Under the pieces are notes generated by a model that saw only the letters and a program-made list of their open reading frames with translations, did no database searches and was not told where the DNA came from. A DNA stretch of 63,534 bases, the filler included, from Octopus bimaculoides (Eukaryota): assembly GCF_001194135.2 (NCBI RefSeq). It is 9 parts of 8 records of this genome, joined end to end, with 100 filler letters (N's around TTAATTAATTAA, not from the genome) between each part and the next. Parts side by side here need not be neighbours in the genome. Positions count along the whole stretch, not along the records: positions 1 to 19,064 come from NC_068987.1; positions 19,165 to 26,047 come from NW_026334471.1; 7 more parts are not named here. One strand, written 5' to 3'. This document shows, piece after piece, positions 12,298 to 24,200 of this stretch (its first letter is position 1; every line of letters starts with the position of its first letter). A program made the translations under genes and the position numbers.

Positions 12298-12367
12298 ATT
12301 GGTTCTCACTGTTGTCGACTCCACTAATTGCTGACGAGTTAACATAGTGAGGTGTTGTCATGACAAC
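12298..12367. promoter_or_regulatory. Promoter core: inverted CCAAT (ATTGG, 12298-12302) and a perfect palindromic RFX X-box GTTGTCATGACAAC (12354-12367)
   Basis: The 14-bp palindrome fits the X-box consensus (GTTGCCATGGCAAC-like). It lies in unique, repeat-free sequence between two divergent genes, one of which encodes a ciliary protein. Confidence 0.7.
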
Positions 12368-12403
12368 GTGTATACACACTTCTAACGACAATTTCAATAG
12401 CAG
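12368..12403 (+). other. TEKT2: Predicted non-coding first exon of TEKT2 (3' end only; TSS unknown)
   Basis: Donor CAG|gtaaaa at 12403/12404 lies just downstream of the X-box. The TEKT2 coding exon begins with an acceptor 24 nt before its ATG, so an upstream UTR exon is expected. Confidence 0.45.
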
Positions 12404-14774
12404 GTAAAATACTTTTTGTCTTAAAAATTCTTCGATTTCAATTCAATGATAACTGTGAAAACTAAATTTTATCAATGTTTTTCTGTTCGCCTTTTTTATA
12501 TATTTATAAATATTACGGAAAAATCCTTATTTTATTCTCTTGTCAATTGTCAATGTCGCTCGCTTGCATTTAAACGATATGCATTTATAGTAAAAAATAA
12601 AAAATAAAATAAAATAAAAAAAAACTAGGAGTTGGTAATATAAAGAATCTTCCCTAAATTATCTCGAAAAATAAATGATATTGCTATTAATATCATATAT
12701 TCTCATTTCTTTTCCTTTAGTCATTCGGTAAAATATTTTTCAGTCGCATTTCAAATTCAATTTTTTTTCTTTTTTTTAATAGTTAAGATTTAAAAAATTG
12801 CATATATAAATTTTTCCTTTCAATAATTCGGTCTGATTTTCTGAATCCGAAGATAACATTCTCAGAAAATATTTTTAAATCCCCAAATAGACAAATATAT
12901 ATATTTTAGCTTCCTCCTTATCAGCAGTAGCTGCATTACTACTCTAGATCCAATAAGCGAATCTGTATGTGGTTGCTCTCCCTGCATGAAATAGCAGCCA
13001 AATCTCCCTTCCCTTACAGCCTATTATCGTTATGAAAAAAAAAAAGAAAAGAAACAATGATAAGGAAGGGCACATTAAATAATGTAGTCATAGACATACA
13101 ACAGGCTTCTAAAAATATTACATTACAGCTAAAAAGTTTCGATTGGGTATTTATTGGTGAGAGAGAGAGACAGAGCATTTCAAGGAAAGAAAGTGAAAGT
13201 AACAGAGAGGGTTAAAGACAGTAACATCATGATCATCATCATCATTATTACCATCAGCATCATCATCATTATTGTTAACATCATCATCATCATCATCCTC
13301 AAAACCATTACAGTCTTGTTTTACAATACAAACTATTCCACAAAGTTATCAAACCCAAGAAGTAGAAAATTTTTATTTCATTCATTTATTTCTTTATACA
13401 TTTATTTTGCATTCATTATTTATATTCACTCCTTGGATAAGCATCTTCTGAGGGAAATTGGGCAGATGGAAACTATACAAAACACACTAACAAAAATCAC
13501 TTAAATAACCTTTTTCATGTTTATTTTAATTGTAAAAAGGATTAATCACTAATTATATTACATTACATTTGGGCTTCACAGAGGCAATAACAAGAGACTG
13601 AGACCTTTGGAGATATGCTATGATTGAGAAGATCCGGCAAGTAAGTGAGATTGCAGCCATGGCCAATGCCAGTGTTGCATAACCAGCCCATTAAAAGTAC
13701 CCTTGAATCATCAGGTGATATGCTGTGCTTGAGAAGACCTGTTGAGTTAAGTGAAATTGAAATCGTAGTCATGGTTAGTGCCGCCTGACTGGCACCCATG
13801 CTGGTGGCATGTAATAAGCACCATTTGAACATGGGATAATGCAGTGCTGGCTGAGTGGCTCCCTATGTTGATGTCACATAAAAAGCACAATCTGGATGTG
13901 GTCGATGCCAGTGTGCCCTGACTGACTCTCATGCAGGTGGCACGTAAAAAGCACCCACTACACTCTTGGAGTGGTTGGCGTTAGGAAGGGCATCCAGCTG
14001 TAGAAACCTTGCCAGATCAGATCGGAGCCAGTTGCAGCCTACTGGCTTGCCAGTCCTCAATCAAACCATCCAACCCATGCCAGCATGGAAAACTGATGTT
14101 AAACGATGATGATGATGATGATATATATAATACACACACACACACACACACACANNNNNNNNNNNNNNNNNNNNNNNNNNNNNNNNNNNNNNNNNNNNNN
14201 NNNNNNNNNNNNNNNNNNNNNNNNNNNNNNNNNNNNNNNNNNNNNNNNNNNNNNNNNNNNNNNNNNNNNNNNNNNNNNNNNNNNNNNNNNNNNNNNNNNN
14301 NNNNNNNAGAAATATATGTATCACTAAAAGTGACAAATGGCACTAATCAGCACTAGTATTGCTAGAAATAAGAGCTACAGTTATTGAGGTGTTTTGATTC
14401 TTATTTCTAGCAATACTGGTGCTGATTAATGCCTTTGTCATACAGGGTTGGCCAGAAGTCACCCGACAGTAAATCAAAATTCCATAAATACTCCCTGTAA
14501 TTCTGTATTGACTTGAATGGAAAAGTGTGTCGCTCAAGAAGGACTTCAGTTTGAAAAGTTTTCATGATGTTTCATATTTAGATGCTTTTATTAAATTCAT
14601 TCAGTTGTTAAATATAAATAATTCTTGGAATTAAGTGGTTTTGATTTACTGTCAGGTGACATTTGGCCAACCCTCTGTGAGTGTATGTGTGCGTGTACAT
14701 TAGTGGAAAATCACCAGGAGGGCAGTATACCTGCTAGTACTTTTAATGAAAACAATTGAACAGAAGGAAAAGAA

Positions 14775-14812
<38 letters not shown>

Positions 14813-15694
14813 CATTGCAAGGAAAGAAAGCGAAAATAACTGTGAGAGGGAAAAAACAAAATGTATTTAATGAAATAAGAGGGGAGGGGATACAAATGAA
14901 GTGTGTGAGTGAAAAAGAGACAAAGAGCGAAAGGAGTAAGACATTAATAAATCATTTGCTTTCTTTTATTTATTAGTTACATACTCATAACAAATTTATA
15001 AGCAGGTTTTTTTATAATAGGAAAATCATTTGAAAACAAGTGTTAATACTTCCAAAATGGACTGCTAATGATTGTAGCAGACATGATGGCAGAGTTTCAT
15101 TTATCTTGTATTTGTTAGTTTTGTTATTATAAATGTGTAGGAAGCCTAACAGGCCCTCCCAGGTTGATTACATCAATGAGGTTTAATTAATTATGTAAAA
15201 GAAAACATGATGAATATAGATGGATAAGCTGACAGGTTGCCAGACTACAAGTAGCATGTTAAATCCTGTCAGCAGCAGTGCAGTGAACAAATAAGACTGA
15301 GATGTTAAACTGTGAACTGGTGATAATCCTCTGTGTAATCACTTACCTCATTAGAAATAGATATCACAACACCTTCAAATCACAATGGATTATCTGAAGT
15401 GTGTGTGCACGTGTGTGTGTATGTGTATATGCTTGAGTTTGTGGTAGACCAAGGAAAATGTAGCGGGACAGTTGGAGGAGATTGGGAGGGTTGGCTTGAG
15501 GAGGGAAGATGCCCAAAACAGGGCAAGATGATGTGAGGGTGGTTGCTATGGCATTGAGTTTGCTCCGGCCACTCCCATTAACAGGGACAAAACCCGGATT
15601 CAAAACACTGTATGTTGATGATGATATGTGTATATACATATATGTATGTGTGTGAGTGTGTGTGTTTATATATATATATATATATATTAATAAT

Positions 15695-15930
15695 AATAAT
15701 ATGACAACAAAAAAGTGAATGAGACCTCAATATTATGTAAAATAGAGGAATTTATCTATAAATATAATATGTGACAATGAGTTGGTTGTCATAATAAAAC
15801 TCAGAGTTTTGGATGCTGGGGCTGAAGTCTGCTCAGGCATCTCATCAGTTATTAAGACAAAACGCTATGAAAAAAAAAAACGTTGAATAAAGGGAAATTA
15901 CTCCAATAGGCATGTTGAAAGTAATACATC
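15695..15930 (-). mobile_element. Penelope-like element terminal repeat fragment
   Basis: gagacctcaatattatgtaaaatagaggaattt... is shared with 62280-62376, and the fragment contains a hammerhead-like fold, as reported for PLE termini. Confidence 0.55.
15786..15860 (-). ncRNA. Type I hammerhead ribozyme-like motif (G12 mutated to A in this copy)
   Basis: Minus strand: TTGTC-T-TAATAA / CTGATGA / GATGC..GCATC-C / AAAA / CTC-T-GAG / T,T / TTATTA-T-GACAA. Helix I has 6+5 bp, the CUGAUGA core is intact, helix II has a 5-bp base, and helix III is short and near-palindromic. Confidence 0.6.
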
Positions 15931-16229
15931 ATTCATAGAATCCACATATACACACGCATACATGTATGCACACACACACACACACACACATGTATGTATA
16001 TATATCTATATACACACACACATATATATANNNNNNNNNNNNNNNNNNNNNNNNNNNNNNNNNNNNNNNNNNNNNNNNNNNNNNNNNNNNNNNNNNNNNN
16101 NNNNNNNNNNNNNNNNNNNNNNNNNNNNNNNNNNNNNNNNNNNNNNNNNNNNNNNNNNNNNNNNNNNNNNNNNNNNNNNNNNNNNNNNNNNNNNNNNNNN
16201 NNNNNNNNNNNNNNNNATATATATATGCT

Positions 16230-16559
16230 GAGACCTCCTTCGTCATGACTGACCATGGGATTGCACCTAGAAAGTTACCCTTCCAGGCACAAGTCTGAGC
16301 AAGGTTGTTTATGGAAGACCAGTAGTCGCCCATGCATACCAGCCTCCTCTCTTCACACCACCAATGTCATCCAAGGGAAAGGCAAAGGCTGATACAGCTT
16401 GGCACCTGTAATATCGCAACTCATTTCTACAGCTGAATGAACTGGAGCAACATGAAATAGAGTGTCTTGCTCAAGAACACAACACGCAGCCCAGTCTGGG
16501 ATTCGAACTCACAACCTCACGATCATAAGCTTGATGCTCTAGCCACTGAATCATGCGCC

Positions 16560-16563
<4 letters not shown>
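16230..16563 (-). mobile_element. tRNA-derived SINE family D; related heads or bodies at 24205-24450 (+), 44190-44393 (-), 49380-49580 (-) and 53450-53535 (-)
   Basis: Minus strand: gtgaaggcgcatgattcagtggctagagc...gagttcgaatccc...gtgttcttgagcaagacact (A and B boxes plus a CORE-like motif). Confidence 0.75.
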
Positions 16564-16639
<76 letters not shown>

Positions 16640-17279
16640 TATATATATATATATATATTTGATTGATTAATGAGAGAGAAGGAAGATGGAAGATATGAGA
16701 ATGTTCATTAACCACTACACTTGTTTTGACCCATCTAGCATTGATCCCTCCTGGGTGGGATACTTAACAACTGGTTTAGAAGTATCCGTTTGTGTAGATG
16801 TGTCTCTTCAGGTGATTACAGTATGTATCTCATTAAAATAATGACTGTTCCACAGGATATCTTCTTGGTTTGTGTATAGAAAAGCAGCAAATTAAGGAAT
16901 TCAGCTTCATTTTTACAGAAGATCAATAATAAATAACAAATACAAAAAGAAACAAATACACAGTACAGCGAAAAAGTATTAAATACACATATAAATAGGC
17001 AAATAACAATAGATGGATAATGTGTTAATCCACTATAGCTGTTTCCAATGAAGGGTCTGGTTAGATAAATCTCCCCCTGTACTTGTTTTTTAAAGTCTGG
17101 TACTTACCCTGTCAGTATCTGTTGCTTAACAGCTAAGTTGCAGAAATATAAACAAACCAACAGTGGTTATCAAGCTGTGGGGTGTTGGTAACAAACACAA
17201 GCACATACACACACACAAACACATGTGCACACACACACACACACACACACACATACATACACACACACATACACATACA

Positions 17280-17435
17280 CACACATGCTTTGACAGCTTC
17301 CACCTACCAAATTCACTTACAAGGCATTGGTTGTGCTGGGACTTTAGTAGAAAATAACTAGCCCAAGGTGCCTCACAATGTGATTGAACCTGAAATCACT
17401 TGGCTGCAAAGCATGGTTCTCACCACACAGCCATG
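17280..17435 (-). mobile_element. Degenerate SINE family A, left part
   Basis: Reverse complement of ggctgtgtggtgagaaccatgctttgcagccaagtgatttcaggttcaatcac..gaggcaccttgggctagt...ccaatgccttgtaagtgaatttggtaggtggaagctg. Confidence 0.7.
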
Positions 17436-17637
17436 TCTAGACTATTCATTCATATATTCACATGATAGAAACAGTTTCTTGAAAGCATTGTCTAATTTTA
17501 ATTTAGTCTATAACTATCTTGTATTGATAATATGTCATGAATTTTTGACTAGAATTTCTTTAATTGATTATAAATGTCTCATTTTCTTTATTAATTCTGT
17601 CTTTCCATTGCAGGAGTAGTGCAGTTAAATTTTCAAG

Positions 17638-18048
17638 ATGGCCACTGAACTTCACAAAGTTCATTACCAACCAAAGGATTGGTTTACCAACAACTATAGC
17701 ATCTCTACAAATTCTGAACGAGAGCAAAAGGCCTCCACTAACTGTCGACAAGAAGGGCGATACCTACGCAATGAAACCTATGCTCAGACAAAATGGGACG
17801 AGTACCACAATAATATCAGGCTCGGTGATAGAGTAGACCAAATTAGAAAATGGAAAGAAATACTTGAGAAAGTGCTACAGGATCTGGATGAAGAAATTGG
17901 AGATTTATCTGTATCCAAAGATTTGGCGGAACAGCAACTTGAGGACATGAATCTTGCAACTGATGTTAACGTAGAAAATTTGACCCTTCGAGAGGGCCAC
18001 TATGGTATTGACCTTACTGAAGATGACCCTGAGCTTGAGCTTAGAAAG
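17638..18048 (+). CDS. TEKT2: Tektin-2 (tektin B1), first coding exon (137 codons, phase 0; exon starts at 17614)
   Basis: MATELHKVHYQPKDWFTNNYSISTNSEREQKASTNCRQEGRYLRNETYAQTKWDEYHNNIRLGDRVDQIRKWKEILEK...LREGHYGIDLTEDDPELELRK aligns with human TEKT2 as recalled (W.TNSY.LSTNAE.QR..S..IRQE.R.LRNET..QT.WDE..N..RL..RID....WKE.L). Acceptor ctttccattgcag|G at 17613/17614; donor AAG|gtttgt at 18048/18049. Confidence 0.93.
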
Positions 18049-18349
18049 GTTTGTTGATTTGAGACAAATGATTTTATTTGGGTATTATTTTTCTGTTATT
18101 GATTCCAGTCATGTCTAGAATACATTATAGAAATATTTAACCAATTCCAATTCTTGCTATGTTTAACTCTTCAACACTCAAATTACTCTGTCACATGTAA
18201 TGCTTATCGGCTCATTTTGTTTTAAATTAATCATGCTTTATGTCATAGCTTTAAGATTTCGATCAAGTGATTATTTTTAGAATGACATTGTAGGATAGAT
18301 TTGAACATAAAACAGGTAGAATATTTGAGTAAGATATAGCAAGTTTAAA

Positions 18350-18620
18350 TGCTACAGGGTGAAGCCCTTTGCGCTGTGCCTATGGAGCATAGATACTTGG
18401 CTATAGGCTGTCTTTTTTACTTCTCTCAAGTTGATTCCAGCTTTTTCCAGCTCTACTTCAATATCCCACTTCGTATATCTCCATGAAGGAAGACTTTCCT
18501 CCCTCGGGTTTTGTCGAATTTGAACTGATATCAATGCTTCTGTAACTGTGCTTTCTTCTAAGTAGGGGTGTTGGCCCAGTGTAAACCCATTTTTACTGCT
18601 GGGAAGAGGTGGTCCATATT
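18350..18620 (-). mobile_element. RTE-clade LINE 3' end relic
   Basis: The minus strand encodes ...KWDIEVELEKAGINLREVKKTAYSQV..., preceded by a W.P..KR-like region, typical of RTE C-termini. Confidence 0.6.
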
Positions 18621-19243
18621 AGTCTGTCTTCTTATTTATATACATATGTACATAATCATTTAGCATCCATCTCCCATACATAATAAACATACATACATAC
18701 ATACATACATACATACATACACGGGCGTACGTACGCGTGTGTGTGTGTGTATCATCATCATTATCAACTTTTATCATCTGTTTTCCATGCTGATATGGAT
18801 TGGATGGTTTGAGAAGAGGTGGCCAGCTGGAGAGCTGCCCAACTCCAGTTGTCTGTTTTGACATCGTTTCTACGGCTGGATGCTCTTCTTAACACCAAAC
18901 AATTCACAAAGTGTACTGAGTGCTTTTTACATGGCAACAGTATGGCTCCTATTATTTAGCATTCAGCTCCACGCAGCTTAAAGTTTCATAGGTTCACCAA
19001 AGGAACTGAACATATATATCTATGTATGTATATGTGTATATACATATATATATATATATATATANNNNNNNNNNNNNNNNNNNNNNNNNNNNNNNNNNNN
19101 NNNNNNNNTTAATTAATTAANNNNNNNNNNNNNNNNNNNNNNNNNNNNNNNNNNNNNNNNNNNNAGATGCCACGTAGTGGGACTGAACCCGGAACCATGT
19201 GGTTGGTAAGCAAGCTACTTACCACACAGCCACTCCTACGCCT

Positions 19244-19277
<34 letters not shown>

Positions 19278-19539
19278 GATGATGACGGTGATGGTTTCAA
19301 TTCTTGCTACAAGAGCAGCCATTTTCGGGGAGGGAATGAGTCGATTATATCGACCCCAGTGTTTCACTGATATTCAATTAATAATAATGATAATAATAGT
19401 AATAATAATAATACGTTCTTTTATTGGCCACTAGGGCCGAACATAAAACAAATAGGGACGATAGAATATAAGGGACAAGTAGGGTGTTGAGCAGTGCCTT
19501 TCTGTAATCCTTTAATCCTTTCTGTAATCCTGATAATGA

Positions 19540-20010
19540 TAATCTTAGGATTATTTGCTGAAGTAATTACTTTTGTAGACGTTGGTGGCAATAGATGACG
19601 GTGTAGAAGAAGCTGTAATAGTACTGGAGGCAGTGGTGGTAGTGCTGATGGTGGTGGTGGTGGTAGTAGTAGTAGTGGAAGTGGTAATAGCGGTGGCGTC
19701 GGTGGTTGTGGTTGTGGTGGTGTTGTTGGTGATGGTAACAGTAGTAGTGGCAGTGGTAGCTGTGGTGGACGCAGTGGTAGTAGTAGAGGTGGTTGTTGTA
19801 GTGGTGGTGATAGTGGTGGAATTGTTGGTGACCAAGTAGTAGTAGTAATAGTAGTGGCGATACAGTGGTAGTAGAAATGATGGTGGAGATGGTAGTAATG
19901 GTGGTAATGGTAGTAGTAACAGTAGTGGTGATGTTGTTGGTAGTAGTAGTAGTAGTAGTAGTAGTAGAGCGATGCCTGTGGTGGTGATGGTAGTAGTAGT
20001 AGAAGAAGCA
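19540..20010. repeat. Mixed (GTA/GTG)n trinucleotide low-complexity tract; similar tracts at 32460-32885, 33740-34240, 42010-42321, 57620-57910, 58060-58650 and 63133-63534
   Basis: Directly visible. These tracts produce the poly-T/V/S/L pseudo-ORFs in the track. Confidence 0.95.
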
Positions 20011-20841
20011 GCAACGTTCTAAAGGAGGTGCTGAGTTTTCATCCCTCGCCACAGTCGAAGACCGTTTCATAGCAGGGTCTTCAGAAGCCCTTTCTCGACC
20101 CATCTCCACTGATACCGTCCCATCCGCCATCCATCTACGCCATACACCCATGAGAAATAACCACGAAGAGGAGGCGGAGGAGGGTAGAGTCAGTGACGGA
20201 GAGGAAAAGAAAGAGAGAGAGAGAGAGATGTAGTGTGGTAAATGAAGAATTGGCAGTGGGGGTAGGAGCCTGTGGACCTATCGGAGGTGGAGGTCTATGA
20301 CAAATTCCTGGTTTAAATACTACTGCTGCGGCTGCTACTACTACTATTACTACTATTACTACTATGGACCAATGAGGGAGACTTCTATAAGGTAGCTAGA
20401 CTTGTTAGAAATAGCAACCAAATGACAAATAAAAAACAATGCTGCGATATCGTGCAAGGAAAGCTCTCTGGACGCGGCCAAGGGTTAAACACCAGAATGG
20501 TCCAGACCAGGTGAGAACATTCACCTTGGATTCACTGAGAATGAGATACCGACATTTCGCCGTTATTGTGGATTATCAATACTATGTTCTCGGATCATCT
20601 CGAAGCGAAGGGAATCGCTGGACTCCAAATTATATGCAAATTAGGCATACATACATACAAACATACATACATATATATATATACAAGAAAGCAGCTGTGT
20701 CGAACTCTCTCCTTCACCAAAAAAACAATCGCATAAGAATGACTACTGAAAAGGTGATTACATAGGCGGTGCTCCAACATGGCCACAGCCTTTGTGCTGA
20801 AGCATAAATGAAATACATACATACATGTACAGGCGCAAATC

Positions 20842-21230
20842 TGTGACGCGCAGGCGTAGTTGTGCGGTAAGAATTTTGCTTTCCAACCACATGGTTTCGG
20901 GTTCATTCCCACTGTGTGGCACCTTGGACATGTGTCTTCTACTATAGCCTCGGACCGAACGAAGCCTTGTGAGTGGATTTGGTAGACGGAAACTGAAAGA
21001 AACCTGTGTGTGTGTGTGTGTATGTTTGTGTGTCTGTGTTTGTCCCCTCAACATCGCTTGGCAACCGATGTTGGTGTGTTTACGTCCCCGTCACTGAGCG
21101 GTTCGGCAAAAGAGACCGATAGAATAAGTACTAGGCTTACAAAGAATAAGTCCTGGGGTCGAGTTGCTCGACTAAAGGTGGTGCTCCAGCATGGCCACAG
21201 TCAAATAACTGAAACAAGTAAAAGAATAAA
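20842..21230 (+). mobile_element. Full-length SINE family A; others at 24911-25615 (+), 29570-29825 (-), 31442-31833 (+); tails at 21560-21785 (+), 35620-35765 (-) and 45553-45625 (-)
   Basis: Same head, CORE-like body, internal (GT)n and the tail gcggtgctccagcatggccacagtcaaat.actgaaacaagtaaaag. Confidence 0.85.
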
Positions 21231-21874
21231 AGAATATATATATATATATATGACATTATTTAGTTTATTTCAAGNNNNNNNNNNNNNNNNNNNNNNNNNN
21301 NNNNNNNNNNNNNNNNNNNNNNNNNNNNNNNNNNNNNNNNNNNNNNNNNNNNNNNNNNNNNNNNNNNNNNNNNNNNNNNNNNNNNNNNNNNNNNNNNNNN
21401 NNNNNNNNNNNNNNNNNNNNNNNNNNNNNNNNNNNNNNNNNNTATATATATACATATACATATGTACATACATATCTCTCTATCTCTCTATCTACCTACC
21501 TATCATACATATGTATATATATACATATATACACACACACATATGTTGTGCATGCGTGTGTGTGTGTGTGTGTGTCTTTGTGTCTGTGTTTGTCCCCACC
21601 ACTGCTTCACAACCGGCGCTGGTGTGTTCACGTATCGCTAAATTAGCGATCCAGTAAAAGAGACCGATGCAATAAGTTTCAAATTTAAAATAAAATATCC
21701 TGGGGTTGATTCATTCGACTACAAAGCTCTTCAAGGCGGTGCCCCAGCATGGTCGCAGTCTGACAACTGAAACAAGAAACAGCATATGTATATATATGTA
21801 AATGGAGTGAACTCTATTTGCTGACGTGCAATGTACGGTCATGCATACAATTCTACATACATACATACATACAA

Positions 21875-22475
21875 ACAAAAAGAATACTGTTGGAATGTCC
21901 CAGTGAAAACCTCAATAAAATGTAAGCACAACAGGCCTGATATAATGATTTGGGATGTAGGAGAGAAAATGTGCACAGTTGTAGAAATTAGCTGCTCAGC
22001 GGATGTTAACATAAAGCTGAAGATCAGTGAAAAAGAGTATACCTACACTGAACTATTGATAAATTTGCAATTACTCTATCCAGATTACAAGTTCAGATTT
22101 ATACCTGTAATTATTGGGGTCCTGGGATAAGTAACACATTGACTAAATAGCAATCTTGAGAAATTAGGCTTCTCAAAACTAGAAGGGAGAAAGTTAATTC
22201 GAAGACTACAGATCCAATCCATCACTGGAACAGTAAAAATCTGTAAAACTTTCTAGAAGTTTATCATTTAAATATATATGAGCATGTTTAGATATGTAAC
22301 TATATGCATGAGAATACATACATATAACATACAAATCTGTACATACATACATACATACATACATACAAAAATACCCTGCTGTTGATGTTGAAATTCCAAT
22401 GAAGGAGCCTTTGATCTAGGTTAGAAACCAGTTCTTTCTGTATTAGCAAGAAATTTTAAAATAAACCGAATAATT
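21875..22475 (+). mobile_element. R4/Dong-type non-LTR retrotransposon 3' end, with a restriction-like endonuclease (RLE) domain and 3' UTR
   Basis: EYCWNVPVKTSIKCKHNRPDIMIWD...VVEISCSADVNI..KISEKEYTYTELLINL...RFIPVIIGVLG...LQIQSITGTVKICKTF. This has the RPD/E/K RLE pattern of R4-clade elements. Confidence 0.8.
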
Positions 22476-23967
22476 ACATACATACATTTACATTCACGCA
22501 TATGCATACATAAATACGTATACACAGGCATTATATGTACACATAGAACATACACACACACGCATACATACATAGAATACACACAGGTACATTTACATTC
22601 ACAGAAAGGCATACATAAATACATATCCATATGCATTAATGTAGTTTCATGTACACATACATACACACATAAATACAAACTGATACATACATACATAGAT
22701 AGTTACACAGAAACCTGCATATAGGCATACATACATAACACATTCATGCATATACGCAGGCATGTTGTTTTATGTACAATTGTATGAATGTGCATACATC
22801 GATACATACATATACATAGATAGATATACATAATACCTAGATACATACTTACNNNNNNNNNNNNNNNNNNNNNNNNNNNNNNNNNNNNNNNNNNNNNNNN
22901 NNNNNNNNNNNNNNNNNNNNNNNNNNNNNNNNNNNNNNNNNNNNNNNNNNNNNNNNNNNNNNNNNNNNNNNNNNNNNNNNNNNNNNNNNNNNNNNNNNNN
23001 NNNNNNNNNNNNNNNNNNNNNNNNNNNNNNNNNNNNNNNNNNNNNNNNNNNNNNNNNNNNNNNNNNNNNNNNNNNNNNNNNNNNNNNNNNNNACAGACAC
23101 TAACACATACATACATTCATATATACATATATACATATATACATACAAAGAACAATCACACAGACAAAAACATCGTAATTCTTTAGATGACCTCGTCATC
23201 ATCCCCTACATAAACTCCCCCATCCACCAAAAAACCCCCTATATCTTCCGTTATAAGATGCCATACGTTGTTGGTCAGTTCACTTAATCCCCAGGGGGGG
23301 GCAGTGTAAGACGTACAAACTGCTCCTCCCTATCCCCACCGTTTCATTTCAATCCCTATCTTACCCCTGCCTCGTCTTATTCTCTTTAAACTGATCCTAT
23401 CGGACAGACACAAGATGGCGGACCGTGGACAGAAACGCCGGAAGCTGAATTAAATTATCACTTCCTGTCACACACATTTACACTTACAAACAAACACAGA
23501 CTCACACAAATGCACACACACTAATATATAACCACACATATGTAAATGAATATACGTAAACACAAGGCGTACACACTTCTATACACACAAACGCATATAT
23601 TTAGACTCATGTACATACATATATACATATAATTATTCTCATGCTTACGCACAGATGCAGATACAATTACATACATCCACACTTATACACTATTCTGCAT
23701 TCATATATGTACGCATATATATACACATATATATGCATACATACACGTACATATATGCGCACTTATGCATTACGAGATACTCACGCATACATACAAACAT
23801 ATATTAATAGACAAAATCGTACTCACACACATACACACACATACATATATACACACATATATACGCACAAACCTACATACATATATGTACATTCGCACAT
23901 TTATATACACATATTTACAGAAACAAATATACATGTATAGTGACTACACACAAACAAACACGCACAC

Positions 23968-24003
<36 letters not shown>

Positions 24004-24004
<1 letters not shown>

Positions 24005-24200
24005 GGAGAATTTACGGAAAAAAACAACAGACGAGGACAGGTGGTGTAAACAACAAAAGGATGTATTAGTTTGACGCTCGGGAATACATAAAGTCTTCAA
24101 CGTTTCGAGCTACGCTCTTCAACAGAAAGAATACAGAGAAAAACAAGGAGAAAAACACGGAGAAAAAAAATTTGAATGTTTTGGTCAGCGAGGTATCCAT
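24004..24200 (-). mobile_element. Penelope-like terminal repeat, second family; copies at 30885-31080 and 39698-39760
   Basis: gggagaattta.gaaaaaaacaacagacga.gacaggtgg...aacgtttcgagctacgctcttcaacagaaag. The minus-strand GAAGA...CGAAACGTT motif is typical of PLE ends. Confidence 0.55.

Noticed and set aside
20020-20230. GC-richer open frames between low-complexity tracts
   Set aside because: There is no similarity to tektin or any family I recognise, and no clear splice sites.
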